Of a stretch of 64,000 nucleotides of DNA, positions 22,101 through 30,302 are shown in pieces (within the stretch, counting starts at the first letter, position 1; the number at the start of each line of letters is the position of its first letter). Source of the DNA: Dehalococcoidia bacterium (GTDB lineage: Bacteria; Chloroflexota; Dehalococcoidia; Lucifugimonadales; Australimonadaceae); assembly GCA_965248455.1 (NCBI GenBank), contig OZ252105.1, positions 2,603,193-2,667,192 of the forward strand. Direction: 5' to 3'. The notes under the pieces are model-generated. The model saw only the letters and a list, made by a program, of their open reading frames with translations, had not been told where the DNA came from and did not search any database. The position numbers and the translations under genes were made by a program.

Positions 22101-23160
22101 GCTTGGTGAACACGTACACCGAGCCGGAATTGGTGCCGCCGTCGTCGTCCTGCCAGGCCCCTACCACAACAAAGTCGCCGTCTACCGCTACCCATCGACC
22201 GAAGCTATCGGCATTCGCGCGGTCGGAGGCGGTGAGCCTGACGGCGCTCCATATGCCCAGGGCATCCTTGGTAAACACGTAAGCCGCGCCCGAGGAAGAA
22301 TCTTCCCCCGGTGACCCTATAACAACGGTGTTGCCGTCCACCGCCACTGAACTGCCGAAAATGGTGCCGGCCCCGGCGTTGGCGCCGGCGCTCCATATGG
22401 CCGTGGCCGCCGGGCCCCAAACTCCGGAGCTATCCTTGGTGTACAGGTAAGCCTTACCGGCAAGAGCGTCACTGCCGATCAGGGCTCCCGGGGCCCCCAC
22501 GACGGCGATGCCGGTGTCCAACGCCACGGAACGTCCGAAAAGGTCATTTCCAAATTGGCCGGTCTTCGTGAACTCGGTGGCCAATGAGCCGGTCAGGCTA
22601 CTCTTGGAGGCTATGGTAATCTCACCGGGATCAGTGTTGTTGTTTTGGTGGTATGACGGGGCTCCAGCCATGACCGTACTGCCGGCCACCGCTACGGAAC
22701 TTCCGAGCCGGCCTTCGACCTGCGGGTTACTTACCGCCAGGAACTCATCGTAGCTCCACCCCCCGGAACCTCTGCTGAAGGTGTGCCCCCATCCGCCGTT
22801 AGTAATGGAGACACTCTGGTTGTCCAGAGATTCTTGTAAGGGGGCTCCAACCACCGCCGTGTTCCCGGCAATCCCCACGGAATCTCCGAACCTGTCGCCT
22901 GCCTCGATGGCGCCTGTAACAGTACTGGGAACGACCAGCTTGTCGATTGTCACCTGCAATACCTGGTAGCCCGTGATCGTAGTGTCGTTGGGGTCATTCC
23001 ACGTTAACGTCACCTGGGTATCACCCGCGGTCGCGGCGAACCCGGACGGCGCAACGGCCGCGTTGGCCGGCGCTGTAATGACGATCAGCAGCACGGCAAC
23101 GGCGAGAAGCGCGCCGATGATTGTCAGCCGCGGAAAGGTAGTTATATGGACTGCCCTCAT
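13159..23160 (-). CDS. Giant membrane-anchored surface protein (3333 aa): 13 FN3, four 7-bladed FG-GAP propellers, Ig/cadherin-like domains, Pro-Thr linker, C-terminal TM
   Basis: Signal-like N-terminus from ATG 23160; 28 FGxSVAxDG repeats; VTLxWxDP...TVTGLxNG..Y.F.VRAVN FN3 motifs; PVAVDD..TAED and LDYE motifs; FPWWAIVVVVIGVVAGVVLIIVVRRSRR. Confidence 0.93.
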   Translation of the reverse strand: MRAVHITTFPRLTIIGALLAVAVLLIVITAPANAAVAPSGFAATAGDTQVTLTWNDPNDTTITGYQVLQVTIDKLVVPSTVTGAIEAGDRFGDSVGIAGNTAVVGAPLQESLDNQSVSITNGGWGHTFSRGSGGWSYDEFLAVSNPQVEGRLGSSVAVAGSTVMAGAPSYHQNNNTDPGEITIASKSSLTGSLATEFTKTGQFGNDLFGRSVALDTGIAVVGAPGALIGSDALAGKAYLYTKDSSGVWGPAATAIWSAGANAGAGTIFGSSVAVDGNTVVIGSPGEDSSSGAAYVFTKDALGIWSAVRLTASDRANADSFGRWVAVDGDFVVVGAWQDDDGGTNSGSVYVFTKPSGGWGAWSGLSSTDKSALTAKLTASDAAADDHFGWSVEVDGDNVVVGAYGNDDNGSDSGSVYLFTKPSGGWVTATETVKLTAPDGTADDNFGDSVAAGGGRVIVGAPGDESETGAAYVFSIPTWTAITGSGPGTTSHTVTGLDNDVEYTFWVRPVDSGGPGPASGSKHAKPQQSPAATPANLTATAGVGEVTLYWDDPNDSTISGYKYRQKEAGGSFGEWTTIPNSGYGEANTTGYTVTGLTNGKTYTFRIRAVDEDGDTANSNDVTVTTILAAPTNLTATVGVGAGQIALNWDDPGNNLITKYQYSTDGGTSFTDITGSGATTTAYTVTGLSNGREYTLAVRAVNASVNGQAATVTAMPLLPPVPLYVSNIGQPTDTSVGVDADLSSDQAQGFRTGTNGTGYVLGSIDVHFQSATDSEDLTVSVRSPNNDAEPGTVVHTLTNPGTIEPGFVRFTAEDAQLSANTFYFVHLTFSGTGTTPLLRTTASDALDSGTATGWTMNDFRYYRSGANWFSSSNALKISINNVPPPVPGAPANLSATPGDGEVTLSWGDPSNDTIEKYQYSTDGGTTFIDIPGSDKDTIAYTVTGLSNGTTHTLAVRAKNISGEGDESSVTVLMIPAAPANLTAMPGDGMAALSWDDPGNTTITEYQLMQLAEESGLTADDGAKNDRFGVSVAVDGNTAVVGAFQPTYTDPDTSLDVSRPGAAYVYIKDSNGAWSQQAKLTASDGADGDEFGISVAVDGDNVVVGARGDDLDKGAIYVFSKPADDNWTSTITETKLTATGGEADDLFGAPVALYGDTIVVGAPRDQIEVSGGVARSGSAYVFTKNSGVWSQAANLTATDAATGDEFGISVAVDDDTIAVGAYGKDGNSITDSGLVYVFVKSGGAAWATTTETVQLRASDRAANDNFGRSVAVNGSTVVVGASGDRNTVGGTEVSTGSAYVFTRPDNGWTNSAGTETAKLTATDAAHTDQFGRSVAVYGDTIVVGAHQNDDDGEDSGSIYVFIKPTNGWTDTTGTVKLTASNAATGDRFGIALALDGDTALVAAPRNDANDDDDDTGNDVSDAGSAYVIGTSGWAKIPDTAAAIRSQTVTGLTNNIKHTFAMRAVNASGNGPASTVTGVPMPVPAAPVILSATPGDGRVTLSWTNPGDDTITKYQYSADYIINGGGMGNSGGATFSDIPGSQADTTAYTVTGLDNGVTHTLAVRAVNNFGNGMPSTVTALMVPAAPRLSAAPGDGQVILSWDDPGNPTIGEYQLSQSDPPEWSKITGSNATPTTHTVTGLTNYTGYSFQIRAVNETGAGPASNRASATPRIDKPGKPTGFGAVAGDTRVTLSWDNPGNSTITGYQISEVIPEDFLAAFDGTASDHFGISVAIDGNTAVVGADRANNRKGSVYIFTRDSNGDWTQQAKLDGENDGDQFGWSVAVEGDIVVVGAHAYDGGATLVNSGAAYVFTRTSGVWSQAARLTATFPKAYAFFGGSVALDGNTLAIGSRLYDAGGRLGAGAAYVFTKDSGTGVWSQAAKLTASTSLQLAYLGYSLAVDGDTVLVGAYGDDTVRGELGSGSAYVFDKPSGGWTDGNETAKLTASDRQPSGYFGFSVALDGDTAVIGASQHSDPITGAGSGAAYVFTRQTGVWGEKAKLTPSDAAAGDNFGVSVAVEGDTVVVGSWQDDDNGRNSGSAYVFTKPALGWAGTFETLKLTAPNGAANDRFGWSVAVDLDDQRGDLALVGAYSDDIATGMDAGSVHVLGIPDWMDIGLSDHQTTNHTVTSLTNGTEYAYQIRALNRSGAGPASDGASATPLGKPVAPVLSAQAGDGQVTLSWTAATADATIAPITKYEYNTDGGTTFTNIPDSGPSTDNYTVLGLTNLTTYTFAVRAVNVIGEGPSVTKDATPASATPAAPDLSATAGDTQVKLEWADPSDSSIDKYQYSTDGGTSFIDIDVEDIDYSVANTIGYTVTSLTNDTEYTFHIRAVDNQALQPYGDASDVTATPAGTLPDSPLNLAAEPGHEEVRLSWGDPDDASIDKYHYSIDGVANSTNISADATTYTITGLTNGTTYTFQISAENATGVGPASAAIDAKPLPPQLVRPALEPPEEGNGEVKLKWAYTHVETKETILRYEVLHLLKTSKLDGVGGDKFGYAVSVDGDIAVIGAYQDDDNGVDSGAVYVFSRVEGVWTQAAKLTAFDGAAYDNFGISVAVDGDTVVVGAPGNDGAGADSGSVYVFVKPTGGWATSTETAKLTASDGAALDYFGYSVAVDGDTVLVGAYQDDDEENDSEDSGSAYIFTKPNSSGSWADWNPMEDTETAKLTASDGADDDWFGVSVALDGKTAVIGASGDDDKGIDSGSGYVFVKPSGAWADGNETDKLTASDGEAQDNFGYSVAVDVDTVEVSDAEVEVATVVVGAYQHDPIDPHSPLYLLDAGAAYVFTRDSGGVWDGGEKLTADDGDALDYFGYSVAVDVDTVVVGAYGDDDNGSASGSAYVFTRDSNGEWSQKKKLTHEDGEAGDWFGYSVAVDTAAHTALVGAGSAHVLDIHDWESILEIEGQLPTEHTVENLFNGLVYDFQVRAVNLRSPGPQAEGEAVPQANGPPVAVDDASTTAEDTAIVISVLDNDSDVDGDSLSVIEVSTPSNGSVAITGAGTTVTYTPNSSFHGSDSFTYVASDGNGGTDTGTVNVTVTAVDDEPANRSPRFNEGLNTTRTVPEDAEVGMAVGDPVNARDSDNDRLEYWLWGMDRASFDVDPSTGQLTTKTALDYEVKNEYSVRVSARDRRGGVDGIIVTISVENVDEPPARPAAPDLKATSHSTLAVNWTAPDNQGPEITDYDLQYREADGEFKDVGYGGTGISMTLSDLKPETGYEVQVRAINAEGVSPWSESGRGETEEAPPPPTPTPAPTAEPTPAPTAEPAPAPTAEPTPAPTAEPTPAPTAEPTPAPTAEPTPTPTAEPAPSEADGGDEGFPWWAIVVVVIGVVAGVVLIIVVRRSRR
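13275..13448. repeat. 24-bp tandem repeat encoding (APTAEPTP)n stalk
   Basis: GGCTCCGCCGTGGGTGCAGGCGTA repeated about seven times. Confidence 0.88.
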
Positions 23161-23430
23161 ATAACGTCCTGCTCGTCGGCATCGGATGCGGTTAGCTTGG
23201 CCGACAAGGTCCACCTACCGAATTCCGAACCCCTGATAAACACGCCAGCCGTACCGGAATCGTCGCCCCGGTACGGTGCTATCACCGCGGTATCTCCGTC
23301 CACCGCTACGGTATACTCGGATTTATTATGCTGAGTTGGGAAGTCGGCCGTCAGCTTTGCACACTTCGCGAGCTTCCATAGCTGGTAGTTGGTTATGTAT
23401 GGCGAGTCGGCGGTAGGATCGTAACAACTC
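23157..23430 (-). pseudogene. Degenerate FN3/FG-GAP fragment directly upstream of the giant gene
   Basis: ITNYQL..AKLTAD..YTVAVDGDTAVIAPYRGDDSG..W.LSAKLTASDA; its stop overlaps the giant gene ATG (ATGA). Confidence 0.6.
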
Positions 23431-23817
23431 GGCCTCGGCTGGGTGTAGAGCGCCTCCGTGGACAGACCGATCCGCGGGCCCGGAACCTTATCTGGGGTTT
23501 TAACTCTCGCGAATGTGATCATTGGCACAGTAGGCCGGAAGACCATGCCCAGATTCAACAGAGTGGACAGCACCAGCGGCAGGGGTTGAGCTGCCACTGG
23601 CTCCAGTGTGTAGAAGCCGTACAGGTCCATGCCAGTTGTGCCGGTAAAGATCAACGTCACGTTCAGCATGAGCAGCAGGCCACCCAACCATGGCGCGGGC
23701 TTATCGCTACCACCCGGTCCGGCCCTAGTAGACCTGCCTCCACCCTGGCGGTCCTCTGTGGGAGCCGATATCCAAAACTCTGATGACTTTTGAACCCCAT
23801 CCCCGCCAGACGACGCC

Positions 23818-25041
23818 TCATAGCACCCTCCACCAGGGCGCAGCAAGCACATCCGGTGCCAGCCATTCCAGGGTATTGCCAGCGTGGAGCAACAGGCCTG
23901 CCCTGGCCCTATCGCCATACTCGGCCCGGAAGGTGCGCAGATGGGCTACGTCTCGGAGACGCGGCCGCTCCGTCGCCTTGACTTCGATGGGCAGCAGCCG
24001 ATCCCCAGCCTCAATCACGAAGTCTACCTCCTCGCCGATGGCCGTGCACCAGTAGAGGACCTCAGCCCGGTCGAGCCGAGCGTCCCGCCAGGCCAGCAGA
24101 TCGTGAAGCACCAGGTTCTCCAGATGTGCCCCTCGGGGCTCCTCCTCCTGGGTGAGATGCAACGCCACCCCGGTGTCGCCCCAGTAGAGCTTGGGAGATT
24201 TGATCAGCCGCTTGGTGCGGTTCACCGCGTAGGCGGGGAGCCGGACGAGGAGATACGACGTTTCCAGCAGGTTGAGGTAGCGGCTCACCGTCGGCTGAGG
24301 CAGCGCCACGTCACGGCCAAGCTCCGCCTGGTTGACAAGGTTGCCCATGCGGAGGCAGGCGGCCCGCATCAGCCTGCGAAAGTCTGGCAATGCCGAGATG
24401 GAAGAGAGGTCCTGGAGGTCCCGTTCCAGATAGGTGCGCACGTAGCCGTCAAACCAGACGGCCCTGTCCTGAGCGGCCTTGAGGTGGATGGCCGGTAGCG
24501 GGAAGCCACCGCGAAGCGCCAGCGCCCGCCAGTCCTCCGGCTGGTCAGGTTGGGCAGCCACCAGGGCGAGCCATTCCTCGTCGCGGGTCTTCAGCAGCTC
24601 CTCCCAGATGCCCCCACGTCCGAGACCCAGCTGCTCTCGCCGGGTCATCGGCCAGAGGGTCAGATAGCTGGCCCGGCCAGCAAGGGACTCGGAGACCTGT
24701 CGCATCAATAGCAGATTGGCCGAACCGGTGATGAGGAACTTCCCCGGCTGGCGCTGCTGGTCTATGGCCCGCTTCACCGCATGCAGAAGGTCCGGCTCTC
24801 GCTGCACCTCATCGAGAGTCACCTGCTGGCTGCCCCCCAGGAGCGCCTCGGGATCGCGGCGGGCTGCATCTACCACGTCGAGGTCGTCCAGGGAGAGGAA
24901 GCGCCGTCCGCCCGGCATAAGCTCCTGGGCTAGGGTGCTCTTCCCCGTCTGACGGGCTCCGGTCACCACCACCGCAGGCATGACCCGGAGACGGTCCTGA
25001 AGGCTTGGCCCAACGAGGCGGGGGAGTGTAGCGTCCATCAT
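23818..25041 (-). CDS. AAA+ ATPase with DUF4143 C-terminal domain
   Basis: GARQTGKST, LDEVQR, LITGSA, ESLAGR, KSPKLYWGDTG, EVDFVIE..PIEVK. Confidence 0.9.
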   Translation of the reverse strand: MMDATLPRLVGPSLQDRLRVMPAVVVTGARQTGKSTLAQELMPGGRRFLSLDDLDVVDAARRDPEALLGGSQQVTLDEVQREPDLLHAVKRAIDQQRQPGKFLITGSANLLLMRQVSESLAGRASYLTLWPMTRREQLGLGRGGIWEELLKTRDEEWLALVAAQPDQPEDWRALALRGGFPLPAIHLKAAQDRAVWFDGYVRTYLERDLQDLSSISALPDFRRLMRAACLRMGNLVNQAELGRDVALPQPTVSRYLNLLETSYLLVRLPAYAVNRTKRLIKSPKLYWGDTGVALHLTQEEEPRGAHLENLVLHDLLAWRDARLDRAEVLYWCTAIGEEVDFVIEAGDRLLPIEVKATERPRLRDVAHLRTFRAEYGDRARAGLLLHAGNTLEWLAPDVLAAPWWRVL

Positions 25042-25277
25042 GAGTACAATGATAGTCATTCACGGTATATTTTGCAATGGTGAGGCACCTTCCACAGTTT
25101 TCCTTGGGTTTATCCAGCCGCAGCGTCAGACAGCTGAGGAAACGGTGGTTGGCATCGGACACATGAAGGGGACCTCGATTTGGTCTCTTCCCGTGCTCCG
25201 TATTCGTCATAGACCGAAGCGTTTCTGCCGACCACGTACTCTGATGGACAACAAAAAAAGACCTCACATATGGATAG

Positions 25278-25320
25278 GCAGGGGCAGCTATCGTCCTCAA
25301 ACGGTAGCTGCCCCTGTTTT
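25278..25320. terminator. Intrinsic terminator-like hairpin downstream of the helicase operon
   Basis: CAGGGGCAGCTA...TAGCTGCCCCTG followed by TTTT, with an A-tract on the other side. Confidence 0.6.
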
Positions 25321-25403
25321 GTACAAGTCAGCGCCCTGTGCCGACCATCTCCTCCTCTCTCTGTTGCTGTCTTAGCTTCGTCGCCACCTTAGCGGCGCCC
25401 CCT

Positions 25404-27695
25404 TCAGGACACCGTTTGAGCCTCTCTTTCCTCCTCCCGGCTCAGCGCCCACTCGAACATGGAGAGGGTCGCGGGCTTCGGCTTCCCGTTCCTTCTGGCC
25501 GGCTTCTGCGGCTCCTCGGCCATGAACTCGGCCCAGGAGAACATCGACTGCTGGGTCTCTTCCACCACGTCAGCATGACCGTTGGCCGCCTCTACGGCGA
25601 CGTGGCTCGCGCCGTTCCGGAGCACTTCGACGAGCACCGTCTCCGGTTCCACCTCCACCGCGTGCCACTCCTCGTCCACCAGCAGCTCCTCGGAGACGGC
25701 CTCGGCGTTTCGCGCCTGGGCGAAGGCATCCTCCACCGACTCTCCTTCTTCTTCCTCCTCTCCGTTCACGATCTTCCTTGCCAACGCCAGCATGATGTCG
25801 TCCCCGTCGTCGCCGTAGGCCGCCAGTCCGTCCTCGGGCAACTCACCCTCCACCGCCAGGGAGCTTTGGAGCTTTTGGGCCACCAATTTGAGGGCATCCG
25901 CCTGGAGGGTGCCCCGGTAGGCCATGAAGATGACCTTCACGGGCCGGGTCTGACCGATGCGCCAGGAGCGGCGCGACGCCTGCCGCATGGTATAGACGCT
26001 GTAATCCGTTTCCGCCCAAACAATCGTTGGGAAGTCGATCAGGTCGAGGCCGGTCTGCACCAACCGGGGATGGCAGATGAGGACGTCGATGCCCTCCTTG
26101 ACCTTCTGCTCCACCCACGCCTCTCTGCGGTCCGGGACCACGGCGTCGGCCTTCATCACCGCCGCCCGGAATCCGTGGCGGGTGAGGATGTCCTTGATCC
26201 TGCCCGTGATGTCCCGCGTCCCGGTGTGGGTGACGTAGACCAGCACCCTCCGGCCCTCAAGCCTCTCCGCCGCCACCAGGTCTAAGAGCGCCTTCTCCTT
26301 TGGATAGAGCTTCTCCTCGGAGAGCGGCGGCACCGCCACCAGCACGTCGTCCGACTCCGGGTCGAAGACGGTCTCGCCCCGTGTGCAGCCGTCGGGATAG
26401 GCCAGCAGCGATTGAAGGTAGGTGGAGAGGAGCTTCCGTGACCCCTTGGCCAGCGCATCCGCGAGGGCGGCCCGCAGCTTGTCGTACAGCGTGCCGTAGG
26501 CTCCCCGCTGGGTGTACCCGTAGCTGTCGGGCTCGGAGTCCATCGACGAGAGGAGAATCTGCTCCTCGTAGGAAGGCAGCCCCGACGCCACGTCGGAGAG
26601 TCTGAGGAACACCGAGTTGCCGATGAGGTGGAACAACGCGGCTGGGGCGAGCCCCGGCCGTTCTCGCACCACCTTGCGGTAGCGCCTGCGCCGGCTGAAC
26701 CGTCCATCCTCCACCGACTCGTCGTCGTCCTTGCCGATGGTGTGCTCCTCGAAGCCGTACCGTTGTATCCACCTTCCCTCCTCGGAGCGCCCGAACTCCG
26801 TCCTGATGGCCGGGCTGAACCGGTACGGCAAGTGGAACAAAGTGCTCGAATACCCTCCAGTTAGGGTTCCTGTCAGGGTGAGGGAGCGGCCGCAGGAGTC
26901 GGCGAGGACGCCCGCTGCGATGCCCTGGGCGGAGCCTCTTCCTTTGTATTCGTGCACCTCGTCTGTTACGAGGAGCTCGAAGAACCCCTTCATCCGCTTC
27001 TTGATGTAGTCGGCGAGTGGATATCGCTTCGGCCCCTTGGGGTCGGCCTGCCAGAGGGCGGAGCCGCACCCGGCGCAGGTCCGCCGCTTGCGCCCCATCT
27101 CCTCGGCGGTGAGGGGCACACCGTCCTTGTCCACGATCTGGGTGGCGCAGAGGGGGCAGCAGGGGACCCGGAAGGGCTCCCCCGTCTCCTCGTCTCGGAC
27201 GAGCCCACCCCTGGATGTGGCCAACCGCTCGATGTAGGCCGCGTGCCAGCGGTAGGAGAGCTTCGCCCTCTCCCTCGACATGATGGCGAAGAGGGGGCCT
27301 GGGCCGGTGGAGAGGCGCAGCTTCTCCAGGTCGGTGATGGAGGCGACGATGGCGACGCGGGCCTTGGGCACCGTCTGCTCCACCTCACGCTTCCACTTCC
27401 GGGTCAGGTGAGGGGGTGTGAGTACGAGCACCCGCTGGAAACCCGCAGCGTAGGCTGCAGATGCGCCGATGAAGGTCTTGCCGGTGCCCATCTCCCCCAC
27501 GACGTTGGTGCCCTGGTGGGCCGCAAGGGAGAGGGTGACGCCCCGTATGGCGTCGGCCTGGGCTCCCAGGGGGGAGCGGAGCAGTTGGGGCAGGCCGTGG
27601 CCGTTCTGGGAGGGCCGGTAGAGGGGCGGGTAGGACTCCACCACCCGTTGGGCTATTGCATCTCGGTACTTGTCGATGAACTGGGCGAGGTCCAT
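25404..27695 (-). CDS. SF2 (SNF2-like) helicase with Zn-ribbon insert
   Basis: GEMGTGKT, DEVH, LTGT, VQTGLDL, QASRRSWRIGQ; CPLC/CAGC. Confidence 0.88.
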   Translation of the reverse strand: MDLAQFIDKYRDAIAQRVVESYPPLYRPSQNGHGLPQLLRSPLGAQADAIRGVTLSLAAHQGTNVVGEMGTGKTFIGASAAYAAGFQRVLVLTPPHLTRKWKREVEQTVPKARVAIVASITDLEKLRLSTGPGPLFAIMSRERAKLSYRWHAAYIERLATSRGGLVRDEETGEPFRVPCCPLCATQIVDKDGVPLTAEEMGRKRRTCAGCGSALWQADPKGPKRYPLADYIKKRMKGFFELLVTDEVHEYKGRGSAQGIAAGVLADSCGRSLTLTGTLTGGYSSTLFHLPYRFSPAIRTEFGRSEEGRWIQRYGFEEHTIGKDDDESVEDGRFSRRRRYRKVVRERPGLAPAALFHLIGNSVFLRLSDVASGLPSYEEQILLSSMDSEPDSYGYTQRGAYGTLYDKLRAALADALAKGSRKLLSTYLQSLLAYPDGCTRGETVFDPESDDVLVAVPPLSEEKLYPKEKALLDLVAAERLEGRRVLVYVTHTGTRDITGRIKDILTRHGFRAAVMKADAVVPDRREAWVEQKVKEGIDVLICHPRLVQTGLDLIDFPTIVWAETDYSVYTMRQASRRSWRIGQTRPVKVIFMAYRGTLQADALKLVAQKLQSSLAVEGELPEDGLAAYGDDGDDIMLALARKIVNGEEEEEGESVEDAFAQARNAEAVSEELLVDEEWHAVEVEPETVLVEVLRNGASHVAVEAANGHADVVEETQQSMFSWAEFMAEEPQKPARRNGKPKPATLSMFEWALSREEEREAQTVS

Positions 27696-27819
27696 TGGTT
27701 TTCTCCTTCCTTCTATAGAGGTATCGCTTCTGGCTGCTTCGGTCCTGATAAAGGGCGAGGCCCCGTGGTCCTGGAAAGAACCAGCGGGGCCTCGTGATGC
27801 GGCCCTGGGGTGGAGTCGG

Positions 27820-28857
27820 CTATGCGGCGATGTCGGTGATTACGCCGTCCCCGAGGTCCAGGGCGACGACGGTGGTGCGGAGCTTCTCCCGGTAGGTCTC
27901 CTTGTCCGGGGTCTCCTCCACCAGGACCAGCTCCTTGGTGGTCTTCCCCTTGACCAGAATGCGCCGACCGTCCGCTTCGAGCTGGAGGTTGTCCAGGAAC
28001 CCGGCGGCGATGAGCATCGCCATGTGTCCCCGACGCAACGGCATCAGGGGGCGGGTCCTCTGGTCCTTGCTGGGCCAGAGGGTATCCGTTACTTCGGCGC
28101 TGGCCCACAGGCCGGAGCGCCGGGCCTCCTGCGCCGCCGCCACGGGGTCGACGGTGCGGGTGGCGAACAGGATGTCCCCCGCATCCGAGGTGATGGCGGT
28201 GTAGATGGGGTAGCCTTGGGGAGACAGCGTCTCCGGCTCTCCCTCGGCCCAGGCCAGCACCTGCCCCTGCACCTCCTCGTCGAGACGGGGCTCCGCCATC
28301 CGGTAGCCCATGACCACCACCTGGTCGAAGGCTTCCCTTTCGGGGTGCGGGAAGGCCCAGCACCTCAATCTATAGTAATAGGAGGCGAGGTACTTGGCCG
28401 AGACCGCAAGACGCTGGCGGGGCACGATGAACACCAGGAGCCCGCCATCGTTCAGGTAGCGGGTCGAGTGGGTCAGGAAGGCGTGCTCCGTCCGCTTGCT
28501 TTCCGGGTCATGGTCGTATGGCGGGTTGAGCAGGCAGATGCCGAACGCCTGGTTGCCTATGGAGGTCTGGAACAGGTCCGCCGCCAGGGTGCGGTGCAGC
28601 CGGGATGCGGCCTCCTCAGCCCGGTCGGTATGCAGCTCCACCCCGTAGGTCTCTATGGGCATGGTGTTGTCCTGGGTAAGCCGCTCTCCCAGCTGGGCCA
28701 CCGCCTCCCCCACTCCGCAGCAGGGGTCGAGGATGCGGAGGACCTCCCGGTTGCGGTAGTAGTAGCCCGCAGGCGCCCGTATCAGCGTGGCGATGAAGTC
28801 CACCACCTTCTCCGGCGTCGGGTAAACCCCCCCTTTGGCCTGTGCTGCCAGTCTCAT
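27820..28857 (-). CDS. SAM-dependent amino-DNA methyltransferase (DUF6094-like)
   Basis: YPTP, ILDPCCGVG, YGVEL, LNPPY. Confidence 0.85.
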   Translation of the reverse strand: MRLAAQAKGGVYPTPEKVVDFIATLIRAPAGYYYRNREVLRILDPCCGVGEAVAQLGERLTQDNTMPIETYGVELHTDRAEEAASRLHRTLAADLFQTSIGNQAFGICLLNPPYDHDPESKRTEHAFLTHSTRYLNDGGLLVFIVPRQRLAVSAKYLASYYYRLRCWAFPHPEREAFDQVVVMGYRMAEPRLDEEVQGQVLAWAEGEPETLSPQGYPIYTAITSDAGDILFATRTVDPVAAAQEARRSGLWASAEVTDTLWPSKDQRTRPLMPLRRGHMAMLIAAGFLDNLQLEADGRRILVKGKTTKELVLVEETPDKETYREKLRTTVVALDLGDGVITDIAA

Positions 28858-29117
28858 GATGTCTCTCCTTCCTCATGGTCGGTCGATGTTGATGGGCCGA
28901 ACTTGCAGGGTTCGGGGCTGCAGAAGTAGCAGTCCCTCCTCGCCCTGGGTGGCGGGACGTAGTCCTCGGCGGACAGGGCCTGGAATATCACCTGCACGCC
29001 GCAGGAGTTGCAGTGGTAGATCTCTCCCGTATGGACATCCCTGTCCGGCTCCTCTATCTGGGCGAACCGCTCCTCGCAGTGGGGGCAGGTGAAGTAGATG
29101 GTCTGGGTCGTGGTCAT
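28854..29117 (-). CDS. Small Zn-ribbon protein
   Basis: CPHC...CNSC plus CYFC; RBS present; ATGA overlap with the methyltransferase. Confidence 0.7.
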   Translation of the reverse strand: MTTTQTIYFTCPHCEERFAQIEEPDRDVHTGEIYHCNSCGVQVIFQALSAEDYVPPPRARRDCYFCSPEPCKFGPSTSTDHEEGETS

Positions 29118-29146
29118 GGCTTATCTCCTCTCATTGGCCGCAGCCT

Positions 29147-29545
29147 TCAGGCAGCGAGCCGGTTATCTGACTTGATACCCACCACCTCTCCGGTGGCGAG
29201 ACTACGCTGGTAGCAGAGCGCCTGGCTGGTGCCCGCAGCCTCTGCACACGCGGTACAAAAAGCGGTGACGATCTCGGTGTGTTTCGCCACCGTCACTCGT
29301 CTGACCAGCACCGAGCCGTTGTCTGTGCTGGTGTGTCGGTAGAGCATCACCCTGGGGTCGCGCCTCTCTGCCTCAGTCGCAGGCCGATAGAAGTGAGGTT
29401 GCGCGGACGTGCACAGGTGCGTCGTGTGATCGTGCTTACAGAAACGGCAGGTCGTTCCGTCCGGCGAGAAGCGCTGCCAGGCTTTGAAATTCCGCTCCTG
29501 CCTGCGTTTGTTTGTGCGTTTGGCAATTGTCAGCGTCTTATCCAT
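29147..29545 (-). CDS. Cys/His-rich hypothetical protein
   Basis: GGAGG RBS; CRFCKHDHTTH...CTAC...CYQ. Confidence 0.65.
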   Translation of the reverse strand: MDKTLTIAKRTNKRRQERNFKAWQRFSPDGTTCRFCKHDHTTHLCTSAQPHFYRPATEAERRDPRVMLYRHTSTDNGSVLVRRVTVAKHTEIVTAFCTACAEAAGTSQALCYQRSLATGEVVGIKSDNRLAA

Positions 29546-30197
29546 ACCCTCCTCCGTTCACTGCTGCCACGATGGACTCTTCCTCTCCGGGTAGGGTCAG
29601 CGTCCCAGAAGCCACCGCCTCCGAGAGGTCCTCCTTGAGGGATTCGGGGTTGGGGTTGCAGCGGTAGGCGACCACTCCCGCCGATTGGAGTTGGGTGGTC
29701 TCCTCCTTCTGAAGGCCCCGCCGCCACAGCCAGTCCGCCCAGGAGGGATGCAGGGGAAGCGGGCTCTTCTTGTCCAGGAAGCGGTAGTGGAGCCTGGGGG
29801 CCTCGTCTTCCGTCTGGGCCAGGAGGAGGAAGGTGTCGTGTTCGGAGGCGTACTGGGCCATTTTCGTGTAGACCAACGCGTGCCAGCCACCACTCACCGG
29901 CAGCTTGGCTATCTTGGTCGTCCACGTGCCGACGGTTCCGTAGGGGATGCCGCAGCGCTGGTAGGAGCCACTAAGCGCCATCCCATCCGCGCCCTGGATG
30001 AGGTGGGCGACGTCGGGCGGTTGCTTGAGCAGGGATGCCCAGATCGCCTTCAGCGCCGTCTGGGAGCCGACCATCGAGACGAACCAGAGGCCGTCGGTCG
30101 CCTCGTCGCGGGCGAAGGCGTCGGCGGTGGCCGAGAAACCCCCGGCGTTGATGGTGTACAGGGCTTCGGGGTCGAGTGTGTGTTCGGTTGCAAGCAT
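29538..30197 (-). CDS. Hypothetical protein of the ICE-like operon
   Basis: AAGGAG RBS before ATG 30197; operonic overlap with the downstream gene. Confidence 0.7.
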   Translation of the reverse strand: MLATEHTLDPEALYTINAGGFSATADAFARDEATDGLWFVSMVGSQTALKAIWASLLKQPPDVAHLIQGADGMALSGSYQRCGIPYGTVGTWTTKIAKLPVSGGWHALVYTKMAQYASEHDTFLLLAQTEDEAPRLHYRFLDKKSPLPLHPSWADWLWRRGLQKEETTQLQSAGVVAYRCNPNPESLKEDLSEAVASGTLTLPGEEESIVAAVNGGGYG

Positions 30198-30302
30198 GGG
30201 TATGTCTCCTTTCGGTAATTGGAATGCTGATGCGCGGAGGTGTGGTGACTCCGTGGGGGCCGGCAAGGGTCGTTGCTGGGCTGCCTGGGTTTTCCTATAG
30301 GA

